A stretch of 64,000 bases of DNA. Origin: Fimicolochytrium jonesii (taxonomy: Eukaryota). The notes beneath the pieces are model-generated. The model was not told the origin of the DNA. It saw nothing but the letters and a program-made list of their open reading frames with translations, and ran no database searches. Positions 1-12,408 of the stretch are shown here, piece by piece (within the stretch, counting starts at the first letter, position 1; every line of letters begins with the position of its first letter). The position numbers and the translations under genes are program-made. Location of the stretch: NCBI RefSeq assembly GCF_025526975.1, contig NW_026515701.1:62001-126000 (forward strand). The letters run 5' to 3'.

Positions 1-348
1 GCAGGAACACGATCCGCTGTCACGAACGGCACGCATAATATTGTCTCGAGAGTGACCGTTCTCGGCTGTTCGCAGACTTTTGCAACGCAAACGCTACGTA
101 TCTTCTGCAGGACGGTCACTCCCTCTTTCAACCTCGGTTGCACTAGCACGCTGTCGCTCGCTCAATTGCCTACTGCGAACAGCGCCGAACACGCTCTATA
201 CCGCACTCACTCCTGGTAAACGTCGAACCCGGATGTTTGTTCGCTTGCAGGACTTCTTACCCTAGCTGACTTCTATTCACAGAAACCTTTCGCTGGCCAG
301 GTGTGCGCAACTTGCTTCCCCTCCTCAACTAGTAGTTATCCTCACGCG

Positions 349-3265
349 ATGGGGTCCGTGAAGTCGTTAAGGGATCTCCAAAAAGGTGCGTCACAGGAGC
401 TGACAGCGCGGACAGATCACACCATCTTGGGAATTTCGGGATGCGCACGAGGCTATCGAATACTCATATGCGATGTCGCAAACGTATAGAGGCGTTACTG
501 GTGCTTCTAAACCTCAACAACCGGGATGTCTTGGAGGACGAGTCCTTGACTGACGGCGTTTCGGGTCCGGCCGCGAATACGGTTCCTGTACCGCCTCTCG
601 CGATTACAGATCCAGTGTGGAAGGTGCTGATATACGACAAATTCGGCCAAGACTTGATTTCACCGCTGCTGAAGGTCAATGATCTGAGAGAGCAGGGGAT
701 CACGGTCCATATGTGAGTTTGGGTGCATGAAAGGTAGCCCTTCCGGCCCGTCTCAAGTCTCACAAAAGTGTGCACGAACGCAGGCCGTTGTACTCCGAGC
801 GCCTCCCGATTTCCGATGTCCCTGCAATCTACTTTGTCCAGCCGACACCTGAGAACTTGAAGAGGATGGGAGAGGTATGGATCCGCTTGCGCTATGAGCA
901 AATGACACGCGCCTCGTGGCTGACCTTCGCACGACAGGACTTTGCAAAGCGCTTGTACGAGTCATACTATATCAACTTCTCTTCAGCGGTGCCACGGCCA
1001 CTTTTGGAAGACCTAGCAGCTACTAGTATTGCGACGGGCAGCAGTGCGGACATAGCACAGGTCAGACCGCAGTCACAGCTCTGGACTCTTTGAAGTTTTC
1101 GACCTAACGGCGGCTTTCATGGACCCAGGTGTTCGATCAATACCTAGACTACGTGTGTCCGGACCACAACCTCTTCTCGTTGAATATGGAGGATTCATAT
1201 CGGGTCCTAAACGACCCGACAACGGCCGAATCTACGATTGAGAAGATGGTGGATAAGATTGTTGGGTCTCTCTTCTCTGTTCTGGTGACACTTGGTACGA
1301 CGGGGTCTTGCCGGACTGACGAATGTTACAAATGCATGGAATAACACTATTGTTCCTCGTGCACGCAGGCGTTGTGCCAATCATTCGAAGTCAGCGCGGA
1401 GCCGCGGAGGTGATCGCGACGAAGTTGGAAACCAAGTTGCGCGACCATCTGTTGAACAGCAGGGCGAACTTGTTCATGGATAGTGCGGTGTCAAATCGAA
1501 GTCTTACGCGACCGGGTGGGTGGCTCCTTGGCACCTGAAATGTCATCAGACGGTCATCATACGGCGGACTGACGGTTATCTTTTCCCTAGTCTTGATCAT
1601 CCTCGATCGGAACTTGGATCTGACAACGATGCTGAATCACACCTGGACATATCAGACGCTAGTCCATGACATATTCGACATGAAGCTTAACCGCGTGGCA
1701 ATTCTGGTATGGCTGCACCCACTGGTGCGGAGGTTTTCCAAAGATTTGCTCACGATCATTTGAACCAGGACGAGGAGAAGAAGCGAAAGGTGTACGACAT
1801 CGATGTGAATGATTTCTTCTGGAAGAAGAACGCGCCAAACCCATTTCCACAAGTGGCTGGTACGTCGTTCACACAACGAGTGTCGCTCTTGGAGGGCATT
1901 ATCTGATTCCGGCTTGTAGAGGATGTCGACGTGGAAATAAATCGGTACAAGTCCGACGTGGACGCGGTCACCCGGTCTTGTGGTGTGAGCTCGTTAGAGG
2001 AAGTGGATCCAAAGTAAGTCAGCGTCCCCAGAATGATCGCCTTTAAGTGATGCACATAGCTCACCTTGTGGGCCGTCCATCTCAGTGACTTCAACGCCGG
2101 AGCGAAAGGCCTGACCTCAGCAGTGAAGCAACTGCCGGAACTGACCGAGAGGAAAAGATTGCTCGATATGCACATGAACATCGCAACAAGTCTGCTGAGA
2201 ACGATACAAGAACGGCATTTAGATCAGTTCTTCGCCATGGAAGAGAATATAATGAAACAGGTTAGTAGCATCACAATATGTACAGCTGCACGCCCGCGCT
2301 CGATGTATTCATGACTTGCGTTCCAGACGAAAGCCCAGGTTCTGGAAGTCCTGAGGAATCCAAAGATGGATCCAACAGACAAATTACGGTTATTCAGTAT
2401 CTACTATCTGATGGTGGAGAACATTTCGAAGGACGATCTTGCGGAATACGAGAAGGCATTGGTAGAGGCGGGCGCAAACGTGAGCTCACTGGGCTACCTC
2501 AAACAGTACGTTACGAGTGATCGACCGCTGCGTTGCCGAGCTCAGACTTACTGGAGACTATCTAAGGTTCCGAGCCTTCACCCGGATGACAGCGGTGGCC
2601 AATGTCCAAGCTGTTCCACAAACTGCCGCGAATGACCTTCTGGGGAGGTTCTCTTCAATCAGTTCCAAGGTACGGGTTCTCATACGGGTTCTCATACACT
2701 CCATGTACCCGCTCTTCAAATTGCTTACCCCTCCCTCGCCAAATAGTTCACAGACCATTTAAAAGACGCCGGCGTCTCCGGCCATTTTGAGAACCTCGTA
2801 TCCGGGGTGAAGAATCTGCTCCCCGTGCGGAAAGACTGCCCCGCAACGCGCATGGTCGACCTGCTGATGGAGAACAGAGACGCGCAAGAAATCGATGACT
2901 ATCTTTATCTGGACCCGAAATTACCACGTGGTTCTGCAACGATTGGAAAAGCACAGAGGGGCCGCACGCCATTCACTGAGGCGATCGTGTTTGTGGTGGG
3001 AGGCGGGAACTATCTGGAGGCGCAGAACTTGGCCGAGTATACTCAGGTATGGGAGGAGGTGATTCGCGCCGTCGGCGCGGGAATCTGTGTTCCCTGCTAA
3101 GCACACGCTTATACGATGATTGTTACATTCTTCTCCTAATCACAGCGTACGCAGATCCCTCGCAAACGCATAACCTACGGCACAACAGAATTCATCACAC
3201 CCAATGCCTTCATGACGCAACTGGAAGCGCTCGGAGCCGGAAGTCGGCCCACTGCAACGGCGTGA
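349..3265 (+). CDS. SLY1: Sec1/Munc18-family vesicle trafficking protein Sly1 (multi-exon)
   Basis: ATG 349 ([12 protein letters not shown]), then a GT-AG intron. Later exons encode [85 protein letters not shown] and [13 protein letters not shown]. Last exon ends [11 protein letters not shown]...TGA 3265. Confidence 0.95.
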
Positions 3266-3476
3266 TAGTGCGAAATGACAATCATTATCTATTCTCCATC
3301 TTGTATATATACTACCTCATCTTGGTACACTGCTATCCTGAATGCGATAATTGCCCACACAGGACTATACTGAAGAAGGCTACTAGTATCGCATGTCTAT
3401 GTGCTCTGCGCATCTTTGCCGAGTCTGGATTTGGCAAGCTCGCGAGGAGCGGAAACGGTCCGTTACGTCTCGGATA

Positions 3477-5433
3477 TTACGTCTCGGATATTTGAACGCT
3501 CCATTGGCCACCCTCCTCCAGTCTCAGGTTCCGGACCCGGCTCAATCCTTGCACCATCCGGTGACACGTAGCGACGATCGTCACCCCATTCTCTCTCAGT
3601 GCTCTATACAAGGCCGTCTCAACGTCCGGGGGCACGTTACTTGTGCCTTCGTCCACGAAAGCAAATGTCGGGCGATGGAACAACAGGCGGGCAAAGGTAA
3701 GACGTTGTCGCTCTCCTGGCGAGAGGAACGTAGACCAGTCGCGACGGGTCAGGTGATCCGGGTAAAGGTCGAGCAGGTGGGACAGACCAACGGTGTCTAG
3801 TAAGCCAGCGATTCCGGCATCGAGACTGCTCTGGCCATGGCTGTCCGGGTCATTGAACGAGGAAGGGTCGGGGTAGGCGATTTGTTCAGCGAGCGTCCCA
3901 GACGCCAGCAGATAAGGGCTCTGGGGCAGAAACATGATATCGCGATCGGCAACCATATGGTGGTAGGTGACCAAACCCGTCTCGACAGGCCAGAGGCCTG
4001 CCAATGCCCTTAGAAGCGAGGATTTTCCCACGCCTGTAGGACCGGTAATAAGGGTAGGGTCCTCCCCTACAGTGATGGTGATAGATAAGTCGGCGATAAG
4101 ATGGCGATCAATTTCTTTTTCTTCACCATTTCCGCTGTCCGACGGTGCGAAGACAGACACGTCGTGTATGCTGATGGTTCGTTTCGCCGGCTCATCGTGC
4201 ACGCCATAAGGTGCCGCGGGCACAGGCGAGGGCTTTGGGACGCACGACATATCGTCGGAATATGTCTCGTTCAGCTTTCTCATCAACTGTCCAATACGTG
4301 CCGCGTAACTCGCGATATCAGCGTATTTCTCCGAGAGTCGAAGCACCCCATTGAAACGATAGCTGAGGTACAGAGAAAAGAACAAATTCAACGAAATGAG
4401 GGCGCTCAGCTCCGCGGCTGGTAGGTCATCATAGTAGCCTTCGAAAATCCGCACGGCGAGAACGCTGTAGCAAATGATGCTGCCTCCATAGTCAGAAAAG
4501 GATGTCCCCATTTTGAGAATCGCCTCCTTGGTCACGATCAACGATTGAATCTCCAGAAGCCGATTCAATGCCCGCTGCAGAAATCCCTCTTCTAGTGCTT
4601 CGCCACGCAGGAACGCAACGGCTTCCGCGTTTTGCCGTAATCGAACATGCAGGAATCGGAAGTCACCTTCTGCACGTTCCTTCTGGAACACCAGGCCCAC
4701 GATTGGCTTGAGCAAGTGACCACATATACCAAATGTTATAGCGTAGTATATGTAGATGAAGGCGGGTCCGTGCCAACCAGAAATGCGGGCTGTGTGATAG
4801 GTATAGTAAACCAAGAGTAGCGGCTCAATCACGAGTTCTTCCAGTAGCTCCCGTATCTATAGGGGAGATGCCTTCAGCAAATGAAGTTTGCAAACTTCTT
4901 AATGACCATCATCCTACCGTTTCAGAGAACTTATCAATATCCTGAGAAATACGCTGATCTGGATTATCGAGAATCCGTCCCTGAGAAACGCCAAAGAAAG
5001 CTTCCCGGGTGACATATTGCTTCTGAAGCTTTTCTGTCAACTTTTTCCTCGTTCTCACACAAAATGTCCCGCTCACGAAGTGGAGAGCAGCCTTGGTCAC
5101 CGATATAGAGATGAAGAGACCAAGCAGAATTGCTACTAGCAGCCAAAAGCCCGAGACATCTCTATGGTTGAGGACGATGTAGAACTGTGGTAAACGGATT
5201 CCGATTTGGTATGCAATGGCCTGATTCGCAAAGCTAATCCCGATCAAGGCCACGTACAACCAGCGAATATTCTCTGGGGATCGTGAGAACACCGTCCTTA
5301 ACACAAGTAGGACGGACGATAGGGTGCCTGCCGGCGACGTCTTGGTGATAAATTCATCTGGCCGACCTGGGGTATCTTCTTCGTTCGAAAGGGGGCTGTA
5401 TGGAAGAGGGTTGCTGGTGCGTCGGGCGGGCAT
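3477..5433 (-). CDS. ABCD4: ABCD-family half transporter, ABCD4-like
   Basis: Two exons (intron about 4857-4917). [14 protein letters not shown]-like [20 protein letters not shown], Walker [16 protein letters not shown], signature LSPGERQRL (the LSPGE variant is typical of ABCD4) and Walker B FVDE. Confidence 0.88.
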
Positions 5434-5853
5434 ACTGATGCTTCCGGGCCCTACTTCAGCTTCAGCGTACGTAGTAGCAATCCAGGTAGCAATCCGGACG
5501 TGGGATGAATTGATCAGAGGCTTCCAATTTCAAACTCTCGCGCTCTTGCCAGCGCCACGGAGAAGACCGAGAGAACGCAGGATAGAACGCCAGCGTGTCC
5601 CCACAACTTCCACTTCACACCCTGCTTCTCATTGGGCATCTTGCACGTCCCCAAAGTCAAGGCTCAAGCCCCGCTTCTCCCATCTGGCCTCGGAGACGGT
5701 GCTTTCAATAGAACCAGTCAACCCACCACTCCAAAGTAGGAAGAATAAAAGCCGCCCCACCCTCATTCAAAGCCACCCCTGCAACCGGTAGCCTCTTTCA
5801 GCCGTCTCCGTCAATTAACTCTGCGCTCCAAAAAGCCACACAATGTCGGCCCC

Positions 5854-6572
5854 ATGAGCGACTTCTTCAACCACCGAGCAACAGGACCGTCCCAGGACTA
5901 CGTGTGAGTGTTGTCCATCCACTTCTCACATCCACTCTCCCCACTGCAGAAGTACTAACCCAGGTTGTGAGGCCTGTTGGATAGCGCACCAAAATGGCCC
6001 AGTCTGAGCGGCTTCGTCATTGGCGGCAACTCCGATACGTCGACTGATAATGTGCTTTGGTATAAGGATGGTGAGTTGTGTGCTGCATCGCACAACATTC
6101 ATCCTCCCCTCTGCCCGTACTTCCCACGTCATCACCGCAAGATGGACTTCCATACCCCATTCCGCCCTATATATCTCCTCTAACCCCGCACCACCATCCA
6201 GAAATTATAATCTACACAATCCTCTGGACAGTGATCCTCTTCTCCTTCATGTATGGCCTTGCGGGCCTCTGGGCCTACATCGTCTTCCTGCGAAGCAAGT
6301 TCGGGATGGTATTACTCTTGGGCTTTGCAGGCATCGGGTTGTTTGCAGGGGCGAGCAGTGGGGCTGTTGTTGGTGAGTCTACAGTGAAGTGAGATATTGG
6401 GAATGTGGGATTTGTGGGGCTTATACAAACTCTCTTAGGGGTGTTGTTGGCGAGCGTTTATAACGCGGGCCTGTTTGCAATGGCAACATGGATTCCGTTG
6501 GCGTGGGCTTTGGTGCAGATTATTGTGGTGCTGATTTCGTCGGATGCGGATATTACGTTGAATAATCTGTAG
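5854..6572 (+). CDS. TMEM170-family small ER membrane protein (multi-exon)
   Basis: Exons encode APKWPSL, IIIYTILWTVILFSFMYGLAGLWA, GASSGAVVG and VLLASVYNAGLFAMATWIPLAWALVQ, ending TAG 6572. The motif order matches fungal Tmemb_170 proteins. Confidence 0.75.
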
Positions 6573-7202
6573 AGATGCATGGGTTCGCTTGAGAGGAGGG
6601 AGGAAGAGGGGAGACAGAAGAGGGCAGACAGAGGAGGGCTACTTCACACAACACATTTTTGGGGATTTTATCCATTATGTACATATTCTGCAACCAGCAC
6701 AAACACTATGGCATCTGTCCTTACACATTGCCTTGCCTTCCTACTCCCGTTTCCTATGAGCAAAGCCCACAAATTGCCGCCATCTCCAACACAATATCCC
6801 CAATATCTCCCATCCCATACCCGCCAAACCAAACCCCCTTCCCCATGCCCACTGTCTTCCTCCACCACTCCCTGTACACGATAATAATCGTGTCCGCCGG
6901 CGCCGCAACGCGCTTATCCACCGCAGGTAACAGAGTCGGGCGAAACGATGATCTGACGGAGGTTGGTGGGGACTTCGCAGATGGGACCTCTCGGCTGTAA
7001 GTATCCGCAGCGAAACGCGTTCGTTCGAGATCACATAAGAGGCAAAGGCGTGTAATGCATGGTTTTCTGTCAGCATTAAAACGCGAGAACATGATGATGA
7101 TCTGCGGTAATAATATCCGTGGGCGTCGCTCGCTTACGCTTCGACACGCGCTGTCAAAACTGGTCAACTTCCTTGGCGCGTAGACTCAAAGCTCGAGGAA
7201 TA

Positions 7203-7462
7203 TAGGGGTGCGCGAAAACTACCAGCTGCGATGATCCCTGGATTCTGGCACCAAGAAAACAGGGGTATCGGCGAAAACTATCAAGTGCCGCGTGTACCCT
7301 TGATTCTCAAGGTCACCAGGCTTGCGAGAATAAAGGGTAACCGTCGAGAGATGTCAGCTGGGTTGTTCCCCTGGACTTCTACGTTCACATGGCATCGGGA
7401 AAAGGAGCATCGGTGAAAACCATCAGCTGGGCAAAATTCCCCTGGATTTTGATATCACCGGG
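7203..7462. repeat. Degenerate tandem repeat, 4 copies of about 60-73 bp
   Basis: A GAAAAC..CAGCTG-like core recurs at 7214, 7273, 7346 and 7415. A CCCTGGATT-like core recurs at 7236, 7297, 7369 and 7440. Confidence 0.7.
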
Positions 7463-7845
7463 CCTCAAAACTCCGTCAGCTGTTGTTTCCCCTTCTTTCT
7501 TCACGGGGAGCCCGCTTCTATATATCAAAGCTCCATCCCGGCGCTCGTCCACAACGTTGGGCTTCCCAACGCGTGGCAAGTCGCCGTGGGTTGCTGGGAG
7601 GGTGGGTCAGACTTGTGAAAGAAACACGTTTAACTCGACGATGACCACGTTCTTGTGACTCCAGTTCACGCAGGTGGTCTCAAGATGCAAGGTGTAAGTG
7701 CGCACTGATACTCCCCTGCATGTGTCGAAAGTGGAAGTGCGCTTAACCCCATTTCAGTGGACTGCGCATGCATATCGCGGTCCCGAGAGATACGTGCAAA
7801 CAACCACTGGCGACGGTTTGACAGGAAAGCCGCTTGGCCTGCCTG

Positions 7846-8397
7846 TTAGGAGCGCATGGGCAATCGTATGGAAGGTAAGTGCGCTCTTCGTCGCGTCACA
7901 TCTTTCTCCACTTGTATATGTAGGGAAGAGCAACCGCCAAGCACGACCTCAAACACCTCATCCATAGCATAAACGAATGTCCCTATTTGTCTCTTCTGAT
8001 TCTCACGGACAACTTGCCTAACGAAATCTGTTTCCAAGTTTTCGGCCCAGTCAAGGGTTGTCCCGTCGTTCGCATCGTTTGGCCTGTAGATCAGGCATCC
8101 ATTTGGATGATGCAGTGGAAAGGTGTCAGGTTGAGGTCGCTGAATATCCGAAGTGGCAGCAAAGGGCTTGCCGGTGTCTATTATGAATGGCAGATCTGGG
8201 TGAGATTTGCGAGATGGCCAGGATTGCATTGCGCTGGAAGAATGGAACTCAGTAGTCATTTTGGCGAGGTGATCGGGTCGGCCTCAACGTTTGCCTACCA
8301 TTTTTCCAGGAACCTCATGGGCGGAATCCAGCAGAGGTCCGTCCAAGTCACTGACTATGAGCTTGACGTTCTCCTTGTTGATAGTTGCGAGGTCCAT
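7846..8397 (-). pseudogene. Cof-type HAD (subfamily IIB) hydrolase, degenerate and truncated
   Basis: VKLIVSDLDGPLLD (motif I, normally DxDGT), FIIDTGK (motif II, normally ATG) and HPNGCLIY. There is an apparent 1-nt frameshift near 8212 after a predicted intron, and no recognisable C-terminal GDGxND motif. Confidence 0.6.
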
Positions 8398-9077
8398 GTT
8401 AGTCGTTTGGTGTGTGGTTCCCAGTAACTTTCCAGACCTCAAATGCAAACTCCACAAGTCGGGGATCGACGCGGTGTCACCGAGCCCAGCCAAACGTCAC
8501 GGCTTCCCGCCAGCGTGTGGTCTTTTGCCTCGCAGAGAGCGAATGTATTGTCAAGACAAGATACAAAATGCCCACTTTCGCGCATAAGGGGATCGACGAA
8601 TAGGCCAGGAACGATGTTATATTCTGCCTAGATGCGGGTATATGTCTACCAGTGGAAGGTGCAACTGGACTAAAACGACGCCAATACACTCATAGATGCG
8701 GAGCAGTGTCATAACCATCTAGCTGATGTAAGGCATCATTCCGACACCTATCCTGTCGGTGTTCTCCATTGAGTGCGTCCCTGATTGGTGGTCGTGCGCG
8801 TGGGCAAGCGGAAACTGGGGTATCGAGGGTTGTTGCGGATCCAAAATTGCTGAATGATTATGATAGGGAGACGACAATTGCAAGGAATGCTGGTGTCCCT
8901 GCGTCGAGACAGCAAAGCCATCTACAGCAGGTGCTGCGACTGACATACGCCGATCATCTAATGACAAGGCACGAGAAAGCACCGAAGCGAGGTAGCAGTC
9001 TGAGCCCATGCGCATCCCGCTTTTGCTTCCTCCGTTGTTCTCTTCGGTGCTCAGATCTGGACTGTTGGAGAAGGAAG

Positions 9078-10253
9078 CTAAGAAAACGACATGATAACGG
9101 TAGGCTGAAGCAGTCTAGCACCGTACCTATTCCCAAGTTCCATCGAAGCGATATATTCATTATCCACTTCCGTCAGCCTACTAGTTTGAGATGTGGTTGT
9201 CCCGCAGCTGCTAGGATCAGCTTCATCGTCTGCGTGGTGCCCTTGATCCGTGCTGTCGCACTGCCGCGTATGCATACCAACTCCCAGTTGCCGTAGGTAC
9301 AATCGTTCCGGAAGTGTGAGCTTTTCTGAATCAATGGAGAAGAAGGGGGCTTCGGGGGATGTCGAATGCGAAATAGCAGTTGGTGGGAATTTGATAAGAG
9401 CCAAGTGGGATGGATCCATCGGATTGGGCAGCGATGGCATCCTGACGTGTCTTGACGATGGCCGGGTATGAATATTGACGCCATAAGGGTTATGCCTTTG
9501 CTTGCTGCGACGCACTTGGAAGATGGGAACCGACGTATGACGACTCATGCTGCGACGGTCGACAACAGTAGTGGCCAAGAAAGGAGAGTAGGCGTTGTAG
9601 GATGTCCAAGAAGGATGTTGTTGGTAAGGGCTTGGTGAATACGGTCGTATCAGAGCCCTCTCCGAGTCAACGCTCCGCGACCTAGCCCTGAGAGGTTTTT
9701 TCGTTCCGGCGCTACTGCTCCCGGCCTCACTTGACCTGCCCGGCGTATCTTTCAGGAACACCAGCTCGTAAGCAGTGTTCCGCCGTATCCCTGGCTTCCT
9801 CATATTCGGGATTGTTCGTGGGGAGAAAGGAATCGTCACCAATCGCGGAAGGTCATTCACCAGAGGTTGGGTTGCGGGAAGTTGCTGTGCGGTGGTGTTA
9901 TGCACCTCGAGTGGCGGCGAGTGTTGGCCGAACGAGGAGTATTCTATAGGAGCGCTCGGTCCGGCGATGCTCAGCGAAGGAGTTTCCTTGCCGTGGCCAA
10001 TGTTCATGTTCAGTTCCAACCGTTTGCACAGGAAGGGAATTTCAGCGTCCACCTCCGACGTCGACATATGAAAGGACGAGGATGGCGCTTCTCTGGAGGC
10101 TACCGTGAGGCGTTTGCACTGCTCAACGAGGAGTGGCATTTGAGCGTCCACCTCCGACATCGACATTTGAGTGGACGAGGATGGCGCTTCTCTGGAGGCT
10201 AACCTCCGGATGCCCGAGTCGGACGTCAGTGCATCGTCGTGCTCGTCTGACAT
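9078..10253 (-). CDS. Hypothetical Ser/Pro/Arg-rich protein with an N-terminal 33-aa tandem duplication
   Basis: Long open frame starting MSDEHDD, with a TA-repeat TATA-like element at about 10370-10380 upstream. No family recognised. Confidence 0.5.
   Translation of the reverse strand: MSDEHDDALTSDSGIRRLASREAPSSSTQMSMSEVDAQMPLLVEQCKRLTVASREAPSSSFHMSTSEVDAEIPFLCKRLELNMNIGHGKETPSLSIAGPSAPIEYSSFGQHSPPLEVHNTTAQQLPATQPLVNDLPRLVTIPFSPRTIPNMRKPGIRRNTAYELVFLKDTPGRSSEAGSSSAGTKKPLRARSRSVDSERALIRPYSPSPYQQHPSWTSYNAYSPFLATTVVDRRSMSRHTSVPIFQVRRSKQRHNPYGVNIHTRPSSRHVRMPSLPNPMDPSHLALIKFPPTAISHSTSPEAPFFSIDSEKLTLPERLYLRQLGVGMHTRQCDSTDQGHHADDEADPSSCGTTTSQTSRLTEVDNEYIASMELGNRYGARLLQPTVIMSFS
10021..10201. repeat. 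Direct repeat with 99-bp period (2 copies)
   Basis: AGCGTCCACCTCCGAC..CGACAT..GA..GGACGAGGATGGCGCTTCTCTGGAGGCTA occurs at about 10044-10102 and about 10143-10201. Confidence 0.9.
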
Positions 10254-10661
10254 CTTGCACAAACGAAGGGAAGAAATTGACGCAAGTCAACAAAACTCGG
10301 TGCGGGCTTGACTTGGCCGTAAGCCCAAAGTGCCGTCCGTCACTAGAAGGAAGAAACGAAGCACGGCAGTATATATATATGAGGTGCGACGCACGGGAGA
10401 GTGAGTATAAGGTGTGGATGTGAGCGTGGGAAAAAGTAAGAAATGTTTGGAAAAGGGTGCGGTCCCAATACTGTAATGTAGGCCAGAATGTAGGCCCCGC
10501 TCGCAAACTTGACGTAAAACCCAGCGTAAAACCTTGCATAAAAACGGAGCGCGTTGACTTGGACGTGGCAAGGGCTTATTACTCCGGACAACCAACCACA
10601 GCGTATATACCACACTCTTCAGTCTTTCGGAAGGTCATATAATATTCAAAAAGGCAAGGAC

Positions 10662-12075
10662 ATGGCTGCAACGTCAAGCGACACAGGTCTCGTAGAGTCC
10701 ATAGGCGCTCTTTCTCTAGGACAGGAACCGCGCTCTCTGCGTCAAGAATTCAGGCGGGGAACAAAGCTATATCGCATGCTCGAGGACTCTCCCCTCTCGG
10801 CCTCGGACGAGGCTTTCCAGGTGCGCTCATAGGTTCATGACTTTTCAAACCGATCCAAGTGTTGAAGAGAAGGCATTTGATGGTTTTTAGGCGTCTCTCA
10901 AAGAAACCCAGGCATCTTTGACGCGGTGTGCAGCACTAGTCCAAAGACTGGGTGTGTTCAGCAACAACGAGATTTTAGAGGATGTCAACACGAAAGACTT
11001 AAGGTGTGTACTCGGTTAGTTCGACTTGTATCGGCCCTCGAACGCCACGCTTGACCTCATATCAAATCTAATCTAGATACGTACTTGTGGACGCATACCT
11101 CGCGGATGTCATCGTCAAGAACGTTGGAGGGGATCGGGAAAACACGCTCAAAGCCGCGAGTCAGCGATTGGAGCTCTTTTTGGGGCAATGCGAGCAATTG
11201 GAAATCCTCTCCAAAGAGGATAAGGACTATCTCGAAAACGACATTCAACTAGATAAGGCAAAAAAGGCGTTCAACCCCGCCAAGCAACGTGAACAAAAGA
11301 TTTTAAGATATAAGCGAGAGAAAAAAGCTAAGGCAACTTTGGAGGTGAGACATTGCGCATTCCACATCCCCATTTTTATCCTTCATCCATGACTGATGTC
11401 TTCATATTAAGGAGTTGGAGTCTCAACTGGCATTACAATCAAAATCAGCCGGGAAAAGAGGAAACGAAATAGACGACGAAGACGCGGATGACGACTCGTA
11501 TGATGATGATCTAATGAGGGCCATCATACTAGCAACCATCGACATCTACATACAGAAGTCCTTGGAAGCATTGCGAATGATCGGAGAGGAACTCGAGCTT
11601 CTTCGCAATAAGGCCCCATCGACACGGTCATTGTCCATGATGGATAACTCTAACAGGGTAGAGGCAAAAGGTCAAGGACAAAGTCTGCGCTATGCTGGCG
11701 GGGCGGGCCCGCTGTTGGGAGGAAAGGGTGAAGTTCTCCGACCCTTTGTGATTACCTCACAACGTGAGGCCGTGCGGAGTAAAGTGTTTGGATACGGACA
11801 TAACCTGCCAACCATGTCGGTGGAAGAGTACCTGGACAAGGAGATGGAGCGTGGCAACATCATAAGCGGTGGAGGGTGAGTGCCAAACAATTGGCCGACG
11901 CATCTGATTCAGAAAGTTGACCCTCTGGTGTCCCGTCAGGAAAATGCCCGAAGCCAAAATCACTGATGACAATGATGAAGCGGCCGTCGATGCCGAGACT
12001 TACAAAGCCCGTGAGTGGGACGAGTTCAAAGATGTAAACCCGACGGGATGGGGCAATCGCCACAACAAGGGATAG
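10662..12075 (+). CDS. TAP42: TAP42/alpha4 (IGBP1) PP2A regulatory protein
   Basis: FSNNEILEDVNTKDL, REQKILRYKREK, VLRPFVIT, VFGYGHNLPTMSVEEYL and the C-terminus KAREWDEFKDVNPTGWGNRHNKG*, joined by GT-AG introns. Confidence 0.95.
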
Positions 12076-12408
12076 ACCACGCTTATGGAGGGGGCTCGTC
12101 GGACGTCTCGTTCGACGCACTCCGACGATTGATTAGAAGCGGCGTAGTTGCATGCCCGACTTCGAATTAGGTTTCTTAGATAGCCTAAGGCAGACCTATG
12201 CGCGTTCTCCAAGTCATTCCACTCGGCTTTCCTCTGCGCCGCATACATCGAATGAAGCCATCGCCTACATCGATGGAGTCAAGGTCGTCTAAATTCAGTG
12301 TTTAGATAAAGCGAAAGGATACAAAATGTAGAATGATTTGTCTAGAATCTGGATAGCCAAGCTCGGCAACAGAGCCGAAGTGATCTGGGGGAAAAGGGAC
12401 AGAACTCC

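Noticed and set aside
2671..2697. 12-bp tandem duplication TACGGGTTCTCA in a SLY1 intron
   Set aside because: A simple slippage duplication with no sign of function.
7203..7462. CRISPR-like array
   Set aside because: The units are degenerate along their whole length, with no identical repeats or unique spacers. There are no cas genes and the context is eukaryotic.
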